DNA of 64,000 nt from positions 3,429,716 through 3,493,715 of the forward strand of contig JBBCGI010000001.1 in assembly GCA_037200975.1 (NCBI GenBank), written 5' to 3'. A program made the translations under genes and the position numbers. Below, one piece after another: positions 51,959 to 64,000 of the stretch. Below the pieces are notes generated by a model. That model did not search any database and was not told the DNA's origin. It saw nothing but the letters and a program-made list of their open reading frames with translations. Numbering within the stretch: the first letter of the stretch is position 1; the number at the start of each line of letters is the position of its first letter. This DNA is from Pseudomonadota bacterium. Its GTDB lineage: Bacteria; Pseudomonadota; Gammaproteobacteria; Steroidobacterales; Steroidobacteraceae.

Positions 51959-52772
51959 GGCAAAAGAGGATACACAATCGGCTGGCTGGGGACGGCGTCA
52001 CCGCCGATGGCAGGCACCGCCAGCGACAGCACGCAGGGCCCGTCGGCCACTTCGTCGGGGATGAACGCGAGCTCGGTGATCGTGGCGCGCGAGCGCGCCG
52101 CGTCACCGCGCGCGCTGCTGCCGGGCGGCAAGCCGAAAAACAGGCGATGCCCGACCAGGTGGCCGTCATCGTGTGTACGGTCGACCGAAGGCACGTCCAG
52201 CACCAGGTGCTCGATGCGTTTCTCGACCAGCCATTCGACTGCTTCGCGCGTGAGATAGGGCGGCACGAGGTCGGTGTAGTCGCGGCTGCGTTTGCCGGCG
52301 TCGTTCGGCAGCGTGCGGATGATGGCGGCAACCGGGTCGGCCATGCGGCCCATCGGCCAGGCGGCGCGCAGGCGGCGGCGGGTGATCAACGTGTCCGTGC
52401 CCCAAGGTTGCGGGTCGGTGCTTTCGCTCGATTCGCGCGCCGGTTCCGGCATGACACTAACTACCACCGCGGGCAGCAGGCCGCGCGGCACGACGCGCCA
52501 GGCGTCGCCGGATTCGCGCGTCAGGTGGGCGACGCTTTCCGTGTGTGTCATCTGGCAATGCGGGGTGAGCGTGATCGACGCGCAGTTCACGGAGGCGCCG
52601 GTGGCGACACTGCCGGTGAAACTGCCGATCGCGAACGGCGTCGAGGTCGGAGCGCCGGCGCCGAAATGCCGCGGGCCCGGAGTGCCGAACTCCACGGCGA
52701 TCGCCAGGCTCACGCCGCGGTCGAGCGCCGCGCGGAGCTTCTGTCCGCCGAAAGTCAGCTCGGCGATCATGC
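51955..52772 (-). CDS. kynB: Cyclase-family protein, probable kynurenine formamidase
   Basis: TLTPHCQMTHTESVAH resembles the HxGTHxDxPxH cyclase motif. The ATG at 52770-52772 overlaps the nbaC stop (ATGA). Its N-terminus is longer than canonical KynB. Confidence 0.55.
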
Positions 52773-53282
52773 CGGCGGGTTCATGATCGTGCCGCAGTTG
52801 CGGCAGGTGCGATTCGCGACGCTGCCGAAGAACCGGTCGAACACCGGGGGAAGCTGGGTTTCTATGTCGGTGACCGCGACGAATTCCTCGTAGAGCTTGT
52901 GACCGCAGTTCTCGCAGTACCACTGGAAGCCGTCGCGTTCGCCCGCGTGGCGCGTACGTTCGATCACCAGCCCGACGGTGTTGGCGGGGCGGCGCGGTGA
53001 GTGCGGCATGTCAGGCGGCAGCAGGAAGATTTCGCCTTCGCCGATCGGGACGTCGACGCGTTTGCCGTCCTGAATCGTCGCCAGCGTGATGCCGCCTTCG
53101 AGCTGGTAGAAGAATTCCTCGCCCGGATCGACGTGGAAATCGCGGCGGGCGTTAGGCCCGCCCACCACCATGATGATGAACTCGCTGTCGGTGAAGACCA
53201 GTTTGTTGCCCACGGGCGGCTTCAGCAGGTGCCGGTGCTCGTCGATCCAGCGCTTGAAATTGAAGGCCTTCAGTTGCCGCAT
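52767..53282 (-). CDS. nbaC: 3-hydroxyanthranilate 3,4-dioxygenase
   Basis: Cupin core FKRWIDEHRHLLKPPVGNKLVF...GGPNARRDFHVDPGEEFFYQLEG plus a C-terminal rubredoxin-like CENCGH...CRNCG. Confidence 0.85.
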   Translation of the reverse strand: MRQLKAFNFKRWIDEHRHLLKPPVGNKLVFTDSEFIIMVVGGPNARRDFHVDPGEEFFYQLEGGITLATIQDGKRVDVPIGEGEIFLLPPDMPHSPRRPANTVGLVIERTRHAGERDGFQWYCENCGHKLYEEFVAVTDIETQLPPVFDRFFGSVANRTCRNCGTIMNPPA

Positions 53283-53434
53283 GGGGCGGTATGTTATTCG
53301 CTGACGGCCCTGCGATGTGACCCCCTCCACAATTGCGCTTCCTGTCGCCTGCCGGCGTCAGCGGGCCCCGACTTCGAGCCCTCGGGGCCGTGTTATGTTT
53401 GCGCCACTAACAGTGTCCGGAGTGGCCGCCCCGT

Positions 53435-54056
53435 GAAATTCCGTTTGGTGCCCCTGGCGGCAATGGTTGCCTGCAGCCTCGTGCTCAGCGCCTGCTCGAT
53501 GCGCATGCCGCACGTCTGGCCGTTCTACAAGAAGCCCAAGGTCGGCCCGCAGGCGGTCAACGAACTGAACCTGGTCAATGCCGATGGTTCGGCCGCGACC
53601 TATCCGCAGTACTGGAAACGCAACACGCTGGTCATCGACCTGTCCGGCGTGAGCGGCACGGGTGGGTTTGCCGCGCGCCTGCCGGAGGAAACCACCTGGC
53701 CGGTTCGTGTTGCGGTACGCGTGCGTCCCGGCAGCGTCCAGCAGCTCGAGATCCAGGGCGAGGAACGTAATGTGCTGCCCGTGGCACCCGAGGGCGCGTT
53801 GCCCATCGATCTGGAATTCGCGCCCAGTGTCTATCGGCCCCGCACCGCGGCTATCTACATTTCTTGGGGTTCGATGCCGGTGTTCGCCGAAGTGGCGGTG
53901 GCGCCCGAATCGCCGGCGTTCGTTTCGCCGACCGAAGTGCCGAAGACCGCGCCAGCACCCGAGGCGCCTGCGCCGTCGATCGACACGGCCGGCGACCCGG
54001 CCGCACCCACCGCCAGCGACATCGTGCCGCCTGCCGAAGTGGTCCCGAGGAATTAA
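53435..54056 (+). CDS. Hypothetical lipoprotein with a Pro/Ala-rich C-terminus
   Basis: GTG start and lipobox LSAC. The stop TAA is supplied by the terminus of the family-1 palindromic element. Confidence 0.55.
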
Positions 54057-54163
54057 AGGGGACATGCCTATTTTTCGGGCCGGTCTTTTCTCGGGCGCAT
54101 CCTGATGCGCCCGAGAAAAGACCGGCCCGAAAAATAGGCATGTCCCCTTTAATTCCTCAGGCT
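54049..54163. mobile_element. REP/MITE-like palindromic element, family 1 (short perfect copy)
   Basis: GAGGAATTAAAGGGGACATGCCTATTTTTCGGGCCGGTCTTTTCTCGGGCGCATCCTGATGCGCCCGAGAAAAGACCGGCCCGAAAAATAGGCATGTCCCCTTTAATTCCTC, a perfect palindrome of about 112 bp wedged between the stops of convergent genes. Confidence 0.75.
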
Positions 54164-54996
54164 TCGCTGCCGCCCGGGGCTTGATGTGACTTGCAGTCGA
54201 GCTGGATCGCTTCGGCGTCGGCGTCGAGATTGACTGCGGTGAGCGCGCCGCCCCATACACAGCCGGTATCCAACGCGAGCAGATCCTTGCGGCGGACGAG
54301 GCCGAGCGTGGACCAGTGTCCGCAGATGACACGCACGTCGCGGCTGGCGCGGCCCGGTACGTCGAACCAGGGGTAGTAGCCGTCGGGCTGATCGCCGGGC
54401 GCGCCTTTCATCTTGAGATCGACGGTGCCGTCGCGCTGGCAGAAACGCATGCGCGTGAACACATTGATGACGAAGCGCAGGCGATCCATGCCGCGCAGGG
54501 CTTCGCTCCACTTGTCGGGCTTGTTGCCGTACATGGCGTCGAACAGGGTGCGTCCGTCGTCGCGCAGCACGGCTTCGACCTCGCGCGCGTATTTCGCGGC
54601 CTGGCGCGGCGTCCACTCGGGGACGAGGCCTGCGTGGACCAGGAAGTCGCCGCGCGGCTCGTCGAACACCGCGAGCGGCCGGCCTGACAACCACTCCAGC
54701 AGCTGATCGCGGTCGGGAGCGTCGAGCACCGCCGCCAACGTGTCGCCTTCTTTCTGCTTGCGCCTCGAGCCATACGCGAGCGCCAGCAGATGCAGGTCGT
54801 GATTGCCGAGCACGACGGTGGCGTTCGCGCCGAGCGCACGCACGAAGCGCAAGGTTTCCAGCGATTGCGGACCGCGATTGACGAGGTCGCCCACGAACCA
54901 GAGCTGGTCGCGATCGGCGGAGTAGTTGCAGCGCTCGAGCAGCGCCTTCAGATCGTCGCAGCAGCCCTGGATGTCGCCGATGGCGTAACGGGCCAT
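54157..54996 (-). CDS. apaH: Bis(5'-nucleosyl)-tetraphosphatase (symmetrical)
   Basis: MARYAIGDIQGCCDDLKALLERC...GDLVNRGPQS...GNHD is a metallophosphatase of the ApaH family. Confidence 0.95.
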   Translation of the reverse strand: MARYAIGDIQGCCDDLKALLERCNYSADRDQLWFVGDLVNRGPQSLETLRFVRALGANATVVLGNHDLHLLALAYGSRRKQKEGDTLAAVLDAPDRDQLLEWLSGRPLAVFDEPRGDFLVHAGLVPEWTPRQAAKYAREVEAVLRDDGRTLFDAMYGNKPDKWSEALRGMDRLRFVINVFTRMRFCQRDGTVDLKMKGAPGDQPDGYYPWFDVPGRASRDVRVICGHWSTLGLVRRKDLLALDTGCVWGGALTAVNLDADAEAIQLDCKSHQAPGGSEA

Positions 54997-55010
54997 GGTT
55001 TGTCAGGAGC

Positions 55011-55391
55011 TCAATGCAGCAGGCCCGGCATGGCCAGGCGGAACGGCGAGATGGGCGCATCGAACTGCTCGCCGTCGTCATCCACCATCTGGTAGCTGCC
55101 CTGCATGGCGCCGACCGGAGTCTCGAGCACCGCGCCGCTGGAATAACGAAACCCCTGGCCGGGCTTGAGATAGGGCTGCTCGCCCACGACTCCTTCACCG
55201 CGCACTTCCTGCACCTTGCCGTTCGAATCCGTGATGATCCAGTGACGCGTCAGAAGCCGCGCGGGCACATTGCCTTCGTTGCGGATGGTGATCGTGTACG
55301 AGAACACGTAGCGCCGTTCCTTGGGATCGGATTGATCTTCGAGATAGGTCGTGTCGACGTCGACGCGGATCTTGTGCTGGCTCTGCTCCAT
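55011..55391 (-). CDS. apaG: ApaG protein
   Basis: VFSYTITIRNEGNVPARLLTRHWIITDSNGKVQEVRGEGVVGEQP is the canonical ApaG/DUF525. Confidence 0.9.
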   Translation of the reverse strand: MEQSQHKIRVDVDTTYLEDQSDPKERRYVFSYTITIRNEGNVPARLLTRHWIITDSNGKVQEVRGEGVVGEQPYLKPGQGFRYSSGAVLETPVGAMQGSYQMVDDDGEQFDAPISPFRLAMPGLLH

Positions 55392-55411
55392 GCGATCCTG
55401 ATGATACCGGA

Positions 55412-56188
55412 TCAAGCTTCGGGCACATGCGCCGCGATCGCGGCGAACTGCGCGGGTGTCAGCATTTCCGGACGCAAGGTCGGGTCCACTCCCGCGGCGA
55501 GGATGGCCTCGACACCCACGAGGGCCTTGAGCGCGTTGCGCAGCGTCTTGCGCCGTTGCGAGAAGGCGGCCGAAACGGTGCGCGCGAAAGCCGGCGGGAC
55601 CACGAACGCCGGTTCGCGCCGCACGGCCAGGCGTGCCACCGCCGACCACACCCGCGGCGCTGGCGTGAACGCGCCCGGGCCCACGTCGAACAGATGCCGG
55701 GCCTCGAACCACGGCGCCAGCATCACCGTCAGGCGGCCGTACTCGCCGCTGCCGGGCGCGGCCGCGATGCGATCGATGACTTCCTTCTGCAGCATCACGT
55801 GCACGTCGTCGATGTGTTCGTGCGCCGCGGCGATGTGGAACAGCAGCGGCGTCGAGATGTTGTAGGGCAGGTTGCCGATCACGCGCAGCCGCGCGCCGCG
55901 CGTGCGCGCCAGCGCCGCCAGATCGAAATCGAGCGCGTCCGCCACGTGAATCTCGAAACCCTGCGGCGCGCCCCAGCGCGCGCGCAGTTGCTGCGCGAGA
56001 TCGCGGTCGATCTCGATCGCATCGAGCGTGCGCGATTTGCCGAGCAGCAGCTCGGTCAGCGCGCCGCGGCCGGGGCCGATCTCGAGCAAGGCCTGGTCGG
56101 GCGTGGGCGCGATCTCGCGCACGATGCGCTCCAGCACGCCGCGGTCATGCAGGAAGTGCTGGCCGAAACGCTTGCGGGCGAAGACCAA
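55412..56188 (-). CDS. rsmA: 16S rRNA (adenine1518/1519-N6)-dimethyltransferase
   Basis: KRFGQHFLHD...LEIGPGRGALT...NLPYNISTP is the KsgA signature. Confidence 0.95.
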   Translation of the reverse strand: MVFARKRFGQHFLHDRGVLERIVREIAPTPDQALLEIGPGRGALTELLLGKSRTLDAIEIDRDLAQQLRARWGAPQGFEIHVADALDFDLAALARTRGARLRVIGNLPYNISTPLLFHIAAAHEHIDDVHVMLQKEVIDRIAAAPGSGEYGRLTVMLAPWFEARHLFDVGPGAFTPAPRVWSAVARLAVRREPAFVVPPAFARTVSAAFSQRRKTLRNALKALVGVEAILAAGVDPTLRPEMLTPAQFAAIAAHVPEA

Positions 56189-57214
56189 CTAGTGCCTGCC
56201 CACGAACTCGATGGCGAGCCGCGTCGCGGCGATCAGGCTGCCCGCATCGGCGCGGCCGGTGCCGGCCAGATCCAGCGCCGTACCGTGATCCACCGACGTG
56301 CGCACGATGGGCAGGCCCAGCGTGACGTTGACCGCGTGCCCGAAACCGGCATGTTTGAGCACCGGCAGGCCCTGATCATGGTACATGGCCAGCACCACAT
56401 CGTAGTTAGACAGCGCGCGCGGCACGAACACGGTATCCGCGGGGATGGGGCCATCTACCAGCAGGCCCGCGGCGCGCGCGCGTTCGATGGCGGGGGCGAT
56501 CACGTCACGGTCCTCGGTGCCGAGATGGCCGCTCTCGCCCGCGTGCGGGTTCAGGCCGCAGACCGCGATGCGCGGCCGCGCCATGCCCCACAGCCGGCGC
56601 AAGTCGGCATCCAGGATCCCGAGCGTGACATCGAGCAAAGCCGGCGTGATCGCATCGCTGACGGCGCGCAGCGGCAGGTGCGTCGTAGCGAGCGCCACGC
56701 GCAATGAATCGGCGGCCAGCAGCATGACGGGGTGGGCGGCGCCGGTGCGCGCGGCAAGATATTCGGTGTGGCCCATGAATGGCACGCCGGCATCGGCGAT
56801 CACGCTCTTCTGCACCGGCGCGGTCACGATGGCGGCGAATTCGCGCTGCGTCGCGCCGTCGATGGCGCGGTCGAGCATGGCCATCACGTGCCGGGAATTG
56901 GCGCGGTCGAGCCGGCCCGCCACGCAGGGGCTGGCCAGCGGGATGTCGAGGACGGCGAGGTGGCCCGGCCGACGCGCCATTGCCGTGCCGGGTAGATAGT
57001 CGTCGAAGGCCACGTCCAGGCCGAGCATCTGCGCGCGCTCGGCGAGCAACGCGCGGCTGCCGAGGATCACGAGATCGGCGGCGAAGTCTTCCTGGGACAA
57101 TGCAAGGCAGAGATCCGGGCCGATGCCGGCGGGTTCGCCCGCGGTGACGGCGATCTTTACCGGAATCAGAGCTTGTACTCGACGTACGCCTCGTCGCGCA
57201 GCCGTCGCAGCCAC
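56189..57214 (-). CDS. pdxA: 4-hydroxythreonine-4-phosphate dehydrogenase
   Basis: IAVTAGEPAGIGPDL...GHTEYLA...HGTALDLAG. The N-terminus may be shorter than the ORF, because the ORF overlaps the surA end by 48 bp. Confidence 0.9.
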   Translation of the reverse strand: MAATAARRGVRRVQALIPVKIAVTAGEPAGIGPDLCLALSQEDFAADLVILGSRALLAERAQMLGLDVAFDDYLPGTAMARRPGHLAVLDIPLASPCVAGRLDRANSRHVMAMLDRAIDGATQREFAAIVTAPVQKSVIADAGVPFMGHTEYLAARTGAAHPVMLLAADSLRVALATTHLPLRAVSDAITPALLDVTLGILDADLRRLWGMARPRIAVCGLNPHAGESGHLGTEDRDVIAPAIERARAAGLLVDGPIPADTVFVPRALSNYDVVLAMYHDQGLPVLKHAGFGHAVNVTLGLPIVRTSVDHGTALDLAGTGRADAGSLIAATRLAIEFVGRH

Positions 57215-58479
57215 AGCTCGGTTTCTTCGTCGGCTTTCGCCTCGCGCAGCGCGGCGAAAGCGCGCTGGCGGCGCACGTCATCGGTGGTGTCGAACTGGCG
57301 CCGGCCTAACAACTGGATGATGTGCCAGCCGAACTGCGTGCGGAACGGCTGGCTGATTTCGTCGGGCTGCAGCTGCGCGAGGGTCTTTTCGAACTCCGGC
57401 ACGTAGGTGCCGGGACCGGCCCAGCCCAGGTCGCCGCCTTCGGCGGCTGAACCCGGGTCCTCGGAAACGACCGACGCCACGGCCGCGAAATTCTCGCCCT
57501 TGTTGAGGATGCGGTCGCGGATCGAGGCGAGCTTCTGCTGCACGGTGGCGTCGTCCTGCAGCTCGTTCGGCTTGATGAGGATGTGGCGCGCGTGCACCTG
57601 GTTGACGATGACCTGCGTGTTGCCGCGCATCTCGTTGAGCTTTGCGATGTGAAAGCCCGACGGCGTGCGGATCGGCTTGGTGACATCGCCGGCCTTCATG
57701 CCTGCGATCGCTTCGCCGAGGAAGGTAGGCAGCTCCGAACCCTTGCGCCAGCCCAGCGAGCCGCCCTCGAGCGCCGTCTGCGCATTCGAGTAGGCCACCG
57801 CGAGGCGCGCAAAATCTTCTCCGCCGGTCGCCTTCTGATAGACCTCGTCGGCCTTCTTCTGCGCTTCGTCGAGCTCTTCCGGTGTTGCCGCCTGCGGTAC
57901 CGCCACCAGGATGTGCGAGACGTTGTACTCGTTGGATTCGGACGGCATCTTGCGCTGCCGTTCGAGAAACTGATCGATCTCGCGCGGGCTCACGTTGATG
58001 CGCGCGATGACGTCGCGTTGCTTGAGGATCTGCAGCGCGATCTCCTTGCGGATGCCTTCGCGATAGCCCGCGTAGTCGATGCCCTGGCTCGCGAGCGCTG
58101 CCGGCAGATCGGCGAGCTTGAGATTGTTGGTCTCGGCGACATCCGCCAGCGCGTTGTTGAGTTGTTCGTCGGCCACCTTGATGCCGGCACGGTTCGCGCG
58201 TTGCATCTGCAGTTCCTGCAGCACCAGACGGTCGAGCACCTGCTGGCGCAGCACGTTGGTGGGCGGCAGATCGAGCTTCTGCTGCCGCATGCGTTCGGCG
58301 ATGACGAGAATCTGTTCGTCGAGCTCGCTCGACAGCACCACGCCTTCGTTGACGGTGGCGGCGACGCGATCCAGCAGGACGCCGGAGCTCGACGCTTCGC
58401 GGGTCTGCGCGAAGGCGGCGGAGGCGAGAAGGGTGGCGGCGAGAATGCCGCAGGCACGCGGAAATGCTTTGGAAATCAT
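57166..58479 (-). CDS. surA: Periplasmic chaperone/PPIase SurA
   Basis: Signal peptide and two parvulin domains (EYNVSHIL...; FHIAKL...). Confidence 0.9.
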   Translation of the reverse strand: MISKAFPRACGILAATLLASAAFAQTREASSSGVLLDRVAATVNEGVVLSSELDEQILVIAERMRQQKLDLPPTNVLRQQVLDRLVLQELQMQRANRAGIKVADEQLNNALADVAETNNLKLADLPAALASQGIDYAGYREGIRKEIALQILKQRDVIARINVSPREIDQFLERQRKMPSESNEYNVSHILVAVPQAATPEELDEAQKKADEVYQKATGGEDFARLAVAYSNAQTALEGGSLGWRKGSELPTFLGEAIAGMKAGDVTKPIRTPSGFHIAKLNEMRGNTQVIVNQVHARHILIKPNELQDDATVQQKLASIRDRILNKGENFAAVASVVSEDPGSAAEGGDLGWAGPGTYVPEFEKTLAQLQPDEISQPFRTQFGWHIIQLLGRRQFDTTDDVRRQRAFAALREAKADEETELWLRRLRDEAYVEYKL

Positions 58480-58490
58480 GTAGTTGTTTT

Positions 58491-60701
58491 TCACCGGGCG
58501 GAACTTTCCGGCGAGTATCCTCGAATTGTGCGTTCCAGGAAAGCGTCTGCTTTTCCGACACTGGCTAGTCCGTTCAGTTCCAGCTGCAGGTAGAAGCCCG
58601 TGTCCTGTTCACCCGTGCGGCTGGAAATGAAGCGGCGCGCGACCGCGCGCAGCCGGTAGCAGCAGGCCTTGTATTCGAAGCCGGCAAAGCGATCGAGCGT
58701 CTCGCTGTCGCGCAGGCTGTAGACGATGCGGCCGTAGGCGTTCCAGCGCTTGCCGATGGGCCAGGCGGAGGAGATGTCCGCCTGCTCGAGCCGGTCGCGC
58801 TGGGCGCGGTAGGCGAGGTTCACCACGCGATCGCCATCGGGGCGGTACTGCAGCCGGAACTGCGATCGCTCGCTGCGCGAATCTTCCGGATTCCACTGGA
58901 TGCCGGCCTCGAGATTCCAGTTCTTGTACGCCGTGAGCGATACCTGCGCGATGAAGTCCGACGTGTCGCGCGTCGCCGGTGGCTCGTCGGGCAATACGAC
59001 GCGCGGCTTTTCGAAGTAGTAAGCCTGGCCCACGCTGACCGCGAGGTATTGCGCGCCGGTGTTGGCATTGAACAGGCGGCTGGTGAGACCGAACGAGATC
59101 TGGTTGGCATCGTTGACGCGGTCCGCGCCGACGTAGCGGTTGGTGCGGTAGAGCTCGACCAGGTTCAGGTCCGGCAGGCCGGTGTCGAACAGCGGCAGGT
59201 CGCTCTGTTCGCGAAATGGCGTGTACAGGTACAGCGCGCGCGGTTCGAGCGTCATGCGGCGCTGGCCGTGCGAGCCGGCCTGGCGTTCGAACACCAGGCC
59301 CGCGTCGAGCGAGGCGAACGGCAGGCTGCGCGTGGGCGAAGCATCGGTGCCCGGCGCCTCGTTTTGCAATGCGTATTGCGTGTAGCGGTAACCGGCTGAC
59401 GGGCGCACGAAGTATCCGGGCGCAGACCAATCCAGCCCCAGGCGCGGCGCGACATCGAGCCGCCAGCCCGTGACGCCGACGTTGCGATCGAAGTTCACGT
59501 ACTCCGCATCGAAGCCGTATTCGAGCGCGCCGAGCCCCGCGTCCCAGTCGCCCGAGGCCAGCACGCGCGGCGTGCGCGCGTACGGGCGATCGACGTCGGG
59601 CAGCTGGTCGTCGATGGTCTGGAACTGCTGCAGCTGCGCGCGCACGTTCAGGTGCTCGTCGCGGTAGCTGGCCTCCGCCAGCCGTTCGGCGAAGGCGACG
59701 CTCGTGCCCTCCGGCCCCTGGGCGAAGTCCTCGAAATAGTCGCTGTCGCTCACGTCCGTGGCGTCGATGCGGAACCGCCATTCGCCCGGCAGCTCCGCGA
59801 CGTGCACGAGCTGGATGCGGCTGCGGTCGGTGCCGGTGAGGTCGTCGCTGGGCAGGTAGTTCCAGGACAACGTGCCGCGCTGCCGGCGGGTCAGGAAACG
59901 CATCTCGCCGGACAGGTCGAGACCGCGTTTTCCGTAGTACACCGGTTGCGCCGTGAGGTCGAAGTTGGGGCGGATGTTCCAGTAGTAAGGCTCGTCGATC
60001 TGCAGGCCGCTGCGCGAGGAGGCGCCGATGCCGGGGAACAGGAAGCCGCTCTTGCGCTGCGTGCCGATCGGGAACGACACCCAGGGTAGATAGACGATGG
60101 GCACGCCCTTGAATTCGACGCTGGTGCCGCGGCCCGTGCCGATCTGCGCGTGCGTGTCGAGCTCCATGCGCCGGGCTTTCATCTGCCAGGCCACGTCTTC
60201 GACCGGGCAGGTGGTGAAGGACACCCCCTCGAGCGTCACCTTGCCGTCGGCGTCCATCTGCATGGTGCGGGCGGCGCCGCGCGCATTCCGCTCCGGCAGC
60301 TCGAACTCGGTGCCTTCGAATTCCGTGCCGAGCGTCGGTGAGTAGCTGCCGGAATTGCCGCGCACGGTGAGCTGCGGGTCGTGGTATTCGACCCCGCCCT
60401 CGAGTTTGGCCTTGCCCTGCGCGGCGTCGTACTCGAGGTGGTCGGCGCGAATGCTGCGGTCGCCCTGGCGCATCACGACGTTGCCCGACACCACGACGTT
60501 GCCATTCACGTCGGCCGTGAAATTGTCGTCGTCGCTTTCGATGGTGACCGGCTCACCGGATGGATCGGTGCGAACCGGTGCCGGAAGTGGAGCGCCGGTC
60601 GGTTCCGCGGGCCTCGGGCAGACCGGCTCGTCCGCGCGCGCTCCGAACGCGAGTAGCAGCATCAGTCCGAGGCCGCAAGTTGCGGCCTTTCTCGAGGTCA
60701 A
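58491..60701 (-). CDS. lptD: LPS-assembly outer-membrane protein LptD
   Basis: N-terminal OstA/LptA-like jellyroll followed by a large beta-barrel. The start is uncertain; a TTG near 60701 gives signal peptide MTSRKAATCGLGLMLLLAFGARA. Confidence 0.85.
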   Translation of the reverse strand: MTSRKAATCGLGLMLLLAFGARADEPVCPRPAEPTGAPLPAPVRTDPSGEPVTIESDDDNFTADVNGNVVVSGNVVMRQGDRSIRADHLEYDAAQGKAKLEGGVEYHDPQLTVRGNSGSYSPTLGTEFEGTEFELPERNARGAARTMQMDADGKVTLEGVSFTTCPVEDVAWQMKARRMELDTHAQIGTGRGTSVEFKGVPIVYLPWVSFPIGTQRKSGFLFPGIGASSRSGLQIDEPYYWNIRPNFDLTAQPVYYGKRGLDLSGEMRFLTRRQRGTLSWNYLPSDDLTGTDRSRIQLVHVAELPGEWRFRIDATDVSDSDYFEDFAQGPEGTSVAFAERLAEASYRDEHLNVRAQLQQFQTIDDQLPDVDRPYARTPRVLASGDWDAGLGALEYGFDAEYVNFDRNVGVTGWRLDVAPRLGLDWSAPGYFVRPSAGYRYTQYALQNEAPGTDASPTRSLPFASLDAGLVFERQAGSHGQRRMTLEPRALYLYTPFREQSDLPLFDTGLPDLNLVELYRTNRYVGADRVNDANQISFGLTSRLFNANTGAQYLAVSVGQAYYFEKPRVVLPDEPPATRDTSDFIAQVSLTAYKNWNLEAGIQWNPEDSRSERSQFRLQYRPDGDRVVNLAYRAQRDRLEQADISSAWPIGKRWNAYGRIVYSLRDSETLDRFAGFEYKACCYRLRAVARRFISSRTGEQDTGFYLQLELNGLASVGKADAFLERTIRGYSPESSAR

Positions 60702-60732
60702 TGGCACAGTGTTGCGCACTATACTTATACGA

Positions 60733-64000
<3,268 letters not shown>

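Overview
This is a high-GC (about 68%) proteobacterial chromosomal window, gamma-proteobacterial/Xanthomonadales-like by gene content and synteny. It is almost fully coding with conserved housekeeping loci, and I see no prophage, IS element, CRISPR array, recognisable defence island or low-GC accessory block.

Identified loci, in order:
- a truncated sigma-54-type response regulator, downstream of a four-gene HlyD/ABC ATPase/FtsX/FtsX exporter;
- rpiA;
- the E. coli-like zapB-zapA-(6S RNA)-ygfA block, divergent from ygfB-pepP-ubiH-ubiI;
- pcd-ispG;
- a tandem glycine riboswitch driving gcvT-gcvH-gcvPA-gcvPB (split P protein);
- dgkA, an Nma111-like double HtrA protease, tsaC and slyX;
- ygiD, then yqiJ-yqiK (NfeD/flotillin) next to a lone AAA+ ATPase;
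- a fold-III PLP decarboxylase;
- the ycbK-like/ldtD pair;
- rlmI-lgt-thyA-[SET domain]-[2OG oxygenase]-folA;
- fkpA and a large beta-helix/DUF11 surface protein;
- a eukaryote-like kynurenine pathway cluster (nbaC-kynB-kmo-kynU);
- apaH-apaG-rsmA-pdxA-surA-lptD, divergent from amgK-murU.

The most unusual material is non-coding or small, and I found no single large novel multi-gene system:
- two families of long palindromic REP/MITE-like elements, one of which supplies the stop codons of flanking genes;
- a strongly signalled 15-codon lysine-rich micro-ORF with its own promoter and terminator upstream of rpiA;
- recurrent lysine/arginine-rich C-terminal tails on AmgK, the SET protein and a TfoX-N protein;
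- a two-gene cassette pairing a cytoplasmic Cys-containing protein with a secreted protein carrying an HxH...S..D (JAB/MPN-like) motif.
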